Below are positions 32,406-35,887 of a DNA stretch of 35,887 nt, in pieces. This DNA comes from a virus. Positions within the stretch are counted from its first letter, which is position 1. Every line of letters begins with the position of its first letter. The translations under genes were made by a program, and so were the position numbers. The notes under the pieces were generated by a model that saw only the letters and a program-made list of their open reading frames with translations, was not told the origin of the DNA and did no database searches. Location: positions 1 to 35,887 of the IMG/VR virus record IMGVR_UViG_3300045988_088904; one strand, written 5' to 3'.

Positions 32406-32674
32406 TGGACGACAAGCTTATATCGAAGCTGGACGCCGCCGATATGCTCGGGGTCTCCGTCTCGACCGTCGAGCGGCTGATCGCCGACGGCGACCTGCCC
32501 ATGTACAAGATACGCGGGCAGTGCAGGCTGATGACGTCCGACATTAAGACGTACATAGCGGGCTGCCGCAGAGTTGCGGCTAAGGCAGCCCCCGTCCCCG
32601 CGCGCAGACAGCCCGCCCGACGCGGCTCGAAGCTCGTCGGCTGCGGGTATTACCCGGGGATGAAAGTGGTATAA
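32405..32674 (+). CDS. Excisionase-family / MerR-like HTH DNA-binding protein
   Basis: LDAADMLGVSVSTVERLIADGDLPMYKIRGQCRLMTSDIKTYI matches the HTH_17/excisionase pattern. Confidence 0.6.
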   Translation: MDDKLISKLDAADMLGVSVSTVERLIADGDLPMYKIRGQCRLMTSDIKTYIAGCRRVAAKAAPVPARRQPARRGSKLVGCGYYPGMKVV

Positions 32675-32714
32675 CGGGCGCACTGCGCCTGAAATTTAGA
32701 CAAGGAGGCTAATT

Positions 32715-33080
32715 ATGATCAAATGCGACGCTATGAAGCTCAACCCTCGCGGCCATGTGGTAGCCGAGGGCGGCCCTTTGCAGATTCTTTCAGAGGCAAA
32801 ACTCTTGTTCTGTGAGCTTATTAATCGCGAGAAGCTTTCTCCCGTTGCGGCGCGCTTCGCAGTAGAGGCGGCTATCGAGGTATGCAAGCTCGGCAACAGA
32901 GAGCTCAGCTTTTCAGAATACGCCGCCGCTTGTGATATCGCCGAGAAAAGAGTCGGATTCGACTGGAGCAAGTTCGTCGAAGAATGCACCGGCACAGATT
33001 TCCCCGGACGCACCGCTGGTAAGGACGACGGCGCGCCGACGGGCGACCGCTCGGTCGAGGTCTACGTTATCAAGCTCTGA
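32715..33080 (+). CDS. Hypothetical protein
   Basis: AAGGAGG RBS. 121 aa. Confidence 0.6.
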   Translation: MIKCDAMKLNPRGHVVAEGGPLQILSEAKLLFCELINREKLSPVAARFAVEAAIEVCKLGNRELSFSEYAAACDIAEKRVGFDWSKFVEECTGTDFPGRTAGKDDGAPTGDRSVEVYVIKL

Positions 33081-33161
33081 GCGCTTTGGAACCTGCGGCA
33101 TCGGGACCGGTGCCGCATATCGAGAGCGCTCGCGTCTCGAAAAATTAAAGGAGGTCTATCA

Positions 33162-33452
33162 ATGTTTGAGAACAAGTATGTAATCGTCCGCGGCGATCAC
33201 TCCGGCGTATTTGCCGGGCATCTCAAGAGCAAGGAGGGCAGAGAGGTCACGCTGACCGACTGCCGCCGTATCTGGTATTGGGACGGTGCAGCCAGCATAT
33301 CCGAGCTTGCCAACATAGGCACCAAGAAACCCCAGTCCTGTAAGTTCCCCGCACCGGTCGCCGAGATCTGTATAACGGACGCGATCGAGATCATCCCCTG
33401 CACCGAGGCCGCAGAGGCGAGCATCAAGGCGGTTCGCGTATGGACAGCTTAA
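33162..33452 (+). CDS. Hypothetical conserved phage protein
   Basis: AAAGGAGG RBS. VIVRGDHSGVFAGHL...CRRIWYWDGAASISELA resembles a recurrent phage family of unknown function (recollection). Confidence 0.6.
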   Translation: MFENKYVIVRGDHSGVFAGHLKSKEGREVTLTDCRRIWYWDGAASISELANIGTKKPQSCKFPAPVAEICITDAIEIIPCTEAAEASIKAVRVWTA

Positions 33453-34246
33453 CAGTTCAGGAGTTCCTGAAGGTCGAATTTAACGGCTACGGCTCCGGCT
33501 GCGGCGACGGCTCCGGCGACGGCTACGGCGACGGCTCCGGCGACGGCTACGGCGACGGCTCCGGCTACGGCTACGGCGACGGCTACGGCTCCGGCTACGG
33601 CTACGGCGACGGCTACGGCTACGGCTACGGCTCCGGCGACGGCTACGGCGACGGCTCCGGCGACGGCTACGGCGACGGCTCCGGCTACGGCTACGGCGAC
33701 GGCTACGGCTACGGCGACGGCTCCGGCGACGGCTACGGCGACGGCTCCGGCTCCGGCGACGGCTACGGCTACGGCTCCGGCTTAAAGAGCCTCTGTGGAG
33801 AACCTGTCTATATGATCGACGGTGTGCCGACGATCATCACCGGGCTCCGCGGCTCTGTCGCGATGGGGTTTATCGTGATGATTGATCTGTCGAAGCGTAA
33901 GACATTCGTCGTCAAGGGCGGCGGGAAGTTCGCGCACGGTGAGAATCTCCACGCAGCACAGGCAGCACTGGAGGAGAAGCTTTTTGACGATATGCCCGTC
34001 GAGGAGAAGCTTGAAGCGTTCCGGGAGCAGTTCACACCGGGCGAGTCCTACACCGTCGCGGACTTCTACGACTGGCACCATCGCCTCACGGGCAGCTGCA
34101 CGCAGGGGCGCGATGCCTTCGCGCAGGATCATGAGCTCAGCATGAACGACGCTATGACCCCGGAGGAGTTCATCGACCTGACTAAGGACGCATTTGGCGG
34201 CCGGATCATTCGCCAGCTTGCGGAGCACTACGGTATTGATCTCTGA
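33440..34246 (+). CDS. Protein with (Gly-X)49 low-complexity region (X = Tyr/Asp/Ser) and a globular C-terminal domain of unknown function
   Basis: ATG 33440 overlaps the upstream gene. 268 aa, with residues 16-114 a strict Gly-X alternation. Confidence 0.7.
   Translation: MDSLTVQEFLKVEFNGYGSGCGDGSGDGYGDGSGDGYGDGSGYGYGDGYGSGYGYGDGYGYGYGSGDGYGDGSGDGYGDGSGYGYGDGYGYGDGSGDGYGDGSGSGDGYGYGSGLKSLCGEPVYMIDGVPTIITGLRGSVAMGFIVMIDLSKRKTFVVKGGGKFAHGENLHAAQAALEEKLFDDMPVEEKLEAFREQFTPGESYTVADFYDWHHRLTGSCTQGRDAFAQDHELSMNDAMTPEEFIDLTKDAFGGRIIRQLAEHYGIDL
33485..33781 (+). repeat. Perfect hexanucleotide tandem array GGC-(TAC/GAC/TCC), 49 units
   Basis: Only four hexamer types occur: GGCTAC x20, GGCGAC x16, GGCTCC x12, GGCTGC x1. 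An 82-bp internal duplication, 33509-33590 = 33629-33710. Confidence 0.97.
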
Positions 34247-34309
34247 TGTTTTGGCTACAAGGCTCAGGCGCTGAGCCTTGTTACGAGAGCATTTAGAGAG
34301 GGTGGTAAC

Positions 34310-35083
34310 ATGGGAGTAATTCGCGTTGAGCACACGCGGGACTTCACTGTCATGAGCAATGTTCACCTGCGTGACGACAGGCTCAGTCTCCGAGCAATCG
34401 GGCTTATGAGCAAGATGCTGAGTAATACTGACGATTACCAGTACACTGTTTCAGGATTGGCAGCGCGATGTAAGGAGGGCAGGGACGCGGTGCGGAAGGC
34501 ACTGCAAGAGCTTGAGGCGGCAGGGTACCTCGTGCGTGAGCAAGGACACGGGGCGTGCGGCAAATTCAGCGGCTACGACTACACTCTGTACGAAAGCCCT
34601 CGAACGCCTTGCAATAGTGAGGGGGTGCCGTTGACTGAAAAGCCGACGACGGCAGAACCGTTGACGGAGAATCCGCCACAAAGAAGTACTAATCTTGAAG
34701 AAATACTAAATATACCCCCTATAGTCCCCCATGAGGGGGACGGTGTGGGTGAAGGAAAGAGAAAGCGGAAGCGCGTTCCGAAGTCGGTTCCAGACTGGGA
34801 GCCGGAAATGTTTGAGCGATTCTGGAAGGCCTACCCACGCGGCAATGATCGTCAAGGGGCAGTACGTGAATGGGACAACCTGAAGCCTTCCCGCAAACTC
34901 ATGATGATTATGAGTGCTGCGCTCCTCCGTCAAAAGGACAGCGAGGACTGGCAGCGCGGGATCGGTATACCATACGCCTGCCGGTGGCTCTCGAAGCGTC
35001 GGTGGGAAGATGAAGACAGGGCGCAGCCCGAACCGCGGACGAGCGGTGCGGGTGACGGAGGGGAGCGCGAAGAATGGACCTGA
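34310..35083 (+). CDS. Replisome organizer / replication initiator with N-terminal winged-helix domain (DnaD-like context)
   Basis: GAGGGTGG RBS. N-terminal FTVMSNVHLRDDRLSLRAIGLMSKMLS...GLAARCKEGRDAVRKALQELEAAGYL. Stop overlaps the helicase start. Confidence 0.65.
   Translation: MGVIRVEHTRDFTVMSNVHLRDDRLSLRAIGLMSKMLSNTDDYQYTVSGLAARCKEGRDAVRKALQELEAAGYLVREQGHGACGKFSGYDYTLYESPRTPCNSEGVPLTEKPTTAEPLTENPPQRSTNLEEILNIPPIVPHEGDGVGEGKRKRKRVPKSVPDWEPEMFERFWKAYPRGNDRQGAVREWDNLKPSRKLMMIMSAALLRQKDSEDWQRGIGIPYACRWLSKRRWEDEDRAQPEPRTSGAGDGGEREEWT
34628..34741. other. Candidate replication origin inside the organizer gene
   Basis: 18-bp iterons CCGTTGACTGAAAAGCCG (34628-34645) and CCGTTGACGGAGAATCCG (34658-34675). 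An AT-rich tract at 34681-34715. A 7-bp hairpin GTCCCCC/GGGGGAC at 34724-34741. Confidence 0.4.
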
Positions 35084-35887
35084 CCGACTACTCAGCCTAC
35101 TACGACGCTCAGACGGCAGTCCTCGGCTCGCTGCTGATAGAGCCGGAGAAGCTCGCGGGACAGATCATGCACGTGGTCAGGCCGGAGGACTTCTCCGACC
35201 CCGTCAAGCGAAACCTCTTCACCGCGGCGCGGGAGATATTCCTCAAGCGCGAGACTCTCGACGCCGTGACGCTCGTGGAGCATGTCGGCGCTGCGTATTC
35301 GCAGCAGGTGCGCGAGATACTCCAGCTGACTCCGACGGCGAATAACTGGCGCGAGTATGTGAAGCTCCTTAAGAACGGCGCGATGCTGACACGCATCCGC
35401 GATCTGGGGCAGGCGCTCACAGAGGCGGCCAGCGCGGAGGACGGGCGGAGGCTCCTTGTCGAGGCACAGGGGATGCTGAGTGTGAGGCCCGGGCGGCGAG
35501 TCCGGAACTACACGGAGATCCTCGCGGACTTCTTCGACCGCATGAACGACCCGACACCGCCGGACTTCCTCAAGTTCGGGATCGAGGCGCTGGACAAAAA
35601 GGTCAGGATCAGCCGCGGCAGCTTCGTCGTCATAGGCGCGGACAGCTCCGTCGGCAAGACGGCATTCTCCCTGCAGCTCGCGTATAACATCGCAGCCGGC
35701 GGGAGCCGGGTCTGCTTCTTCAGCTACGAGACGAGCCTTGAGGCGTCGGCCGACCGCACGATCGCGAACACCGCAGATGCGCGGCTGTCGGACATCAAGG
35801 CGAAGAATATATCCGAGCACGTCGCCCGCCGGGCGATGGCCGAGGCGGAGCGTTCCGAACGCATACCGCTGTACATACAGGAGTCCG
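35074..35887 (+). CDS. dnaB: DnaB-family replicative helicase, N-terminal part (runs off the window end and continues at 56..555 via the circular junction)
   Basis: ATG 35074 overlaps the upstream stop. TAVLGSLLIEPEKL is a DnaB N-terminal motif. Walker A GADSSVGKT. No stop before the window end. The joined length is 437 aa. Confidence 0.85.
   Translation, partial: MDLTDYSAYYDAQTAVLGSLLIEPEKLAGQIMHVVRPEDFSDPVKRNLFTAAREIFLKRETLDAVTLVEHVGAAYSQQVREILQLTPTANNWREYVKLLKNGAMLTRIRDLGQALTEAASAEDGRRLLVEAQGMLSVRPGRRVRNYTEILADFFDRMNDPTPPDFLKFGIEALDKKVRISRGSFVVIGADSSVGKTAFSLQLAYNIAAGGSRVCFFSYETSLEASADRTIANTADARLSDIKAKNISEHVARRAMAEAERSERIPLYIQES
35833..35887 (+). repeat. 55-nt exact duplicate of bases 1-55 (circular assembly overlap)
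   Basis: Direct comparison shows GCGATGGCCGAGGCGGAGCGTTCCGAACGCATACCGCTGTACATACAGGAGTCCG at both ends. Confidence 0.97.

Noticed and set aside
33485-33781. Highly regular repeat array that could be mistaken for a CRISPR array
   Set aside because: The period is 6 nt with no spacers, and it is entirely in-frame within a coding sequence. It is a coding microsatellite.

Overview
The window is a complete, circularly closed temperate phage (or phage-plasmid) genome of about 35.8 kb. Bases 35833-35887 repeat bases 1-55 exactly, and a DnaB-family helicase ORF runs across that junction, giving a unique length of 35,832 bp. The virion genes indicate a siphovirus type: HK97-like head, lambda-like G/GT tail chaperone, tape measure, no sheath. 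Composition (about 60-68% GC in core genes) and GGAGG-type RBSs suggest a high-GC Firmicutes/Clostridia-like host; that is inference.

Layout, + strand unless stated:
- 1-2848: helicase C-terminus, parA, parB.
- 2845-6562: early and DNA-metabolism genes: ASCH, HNH, small zinc-ribbon proteins, an interrupted amino-DNA methyltransferase, and an HUH Rep-like protein.
- 6656-6856: a low-GC KTR-like moron with its own terminator.
- 6962-15286: HNH, TerS, TerL, portal, ClpP-like protease, major capsid, head-tail joining genes, major tail protein, and G/GT chaperone with an A_AAA_AAC -1 frameshift site.
- 15287-23207: tape measure, tail tip and fibre genes, including two tandem paralogs.
- 23315-24647: lysis cassette.
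- 24661-26700: terminator-bounded cargo cassette.
- 26566-26789: attP, containing the 3' part of tRNA-Thr(GGU) plus arm-type repeats.
- 26790-30185, minus strand: lysogeny module: integrase, Ltp-like superinfection exclusion protein, membrane-anchored XRE protein, XRE repressor.
- 30204-30339: divergent promoter/operator region.
- 30365-35887: small membrane proteins, XRE-type early regulators, an excisionase-like HTH, a protein carrying a 297-bp perfect hexanucleotide (Gly-X)49 microsatellite, a replisome organizer with a candidate internal origin, and the helicase N-terminus.

The most unusual signal is a seven-copy dispersed palindrome, TGTGCCCGAWTCGGGCACA. Two copies lie in-frame at both ends of parB. 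All five extragenic copies begin 0-10 nt after a stop codon, and one of these directly follows the HUH Rep-like gene. No database search was possible, so all family names rest on motifs visible in the translations and on my recollection of those families.
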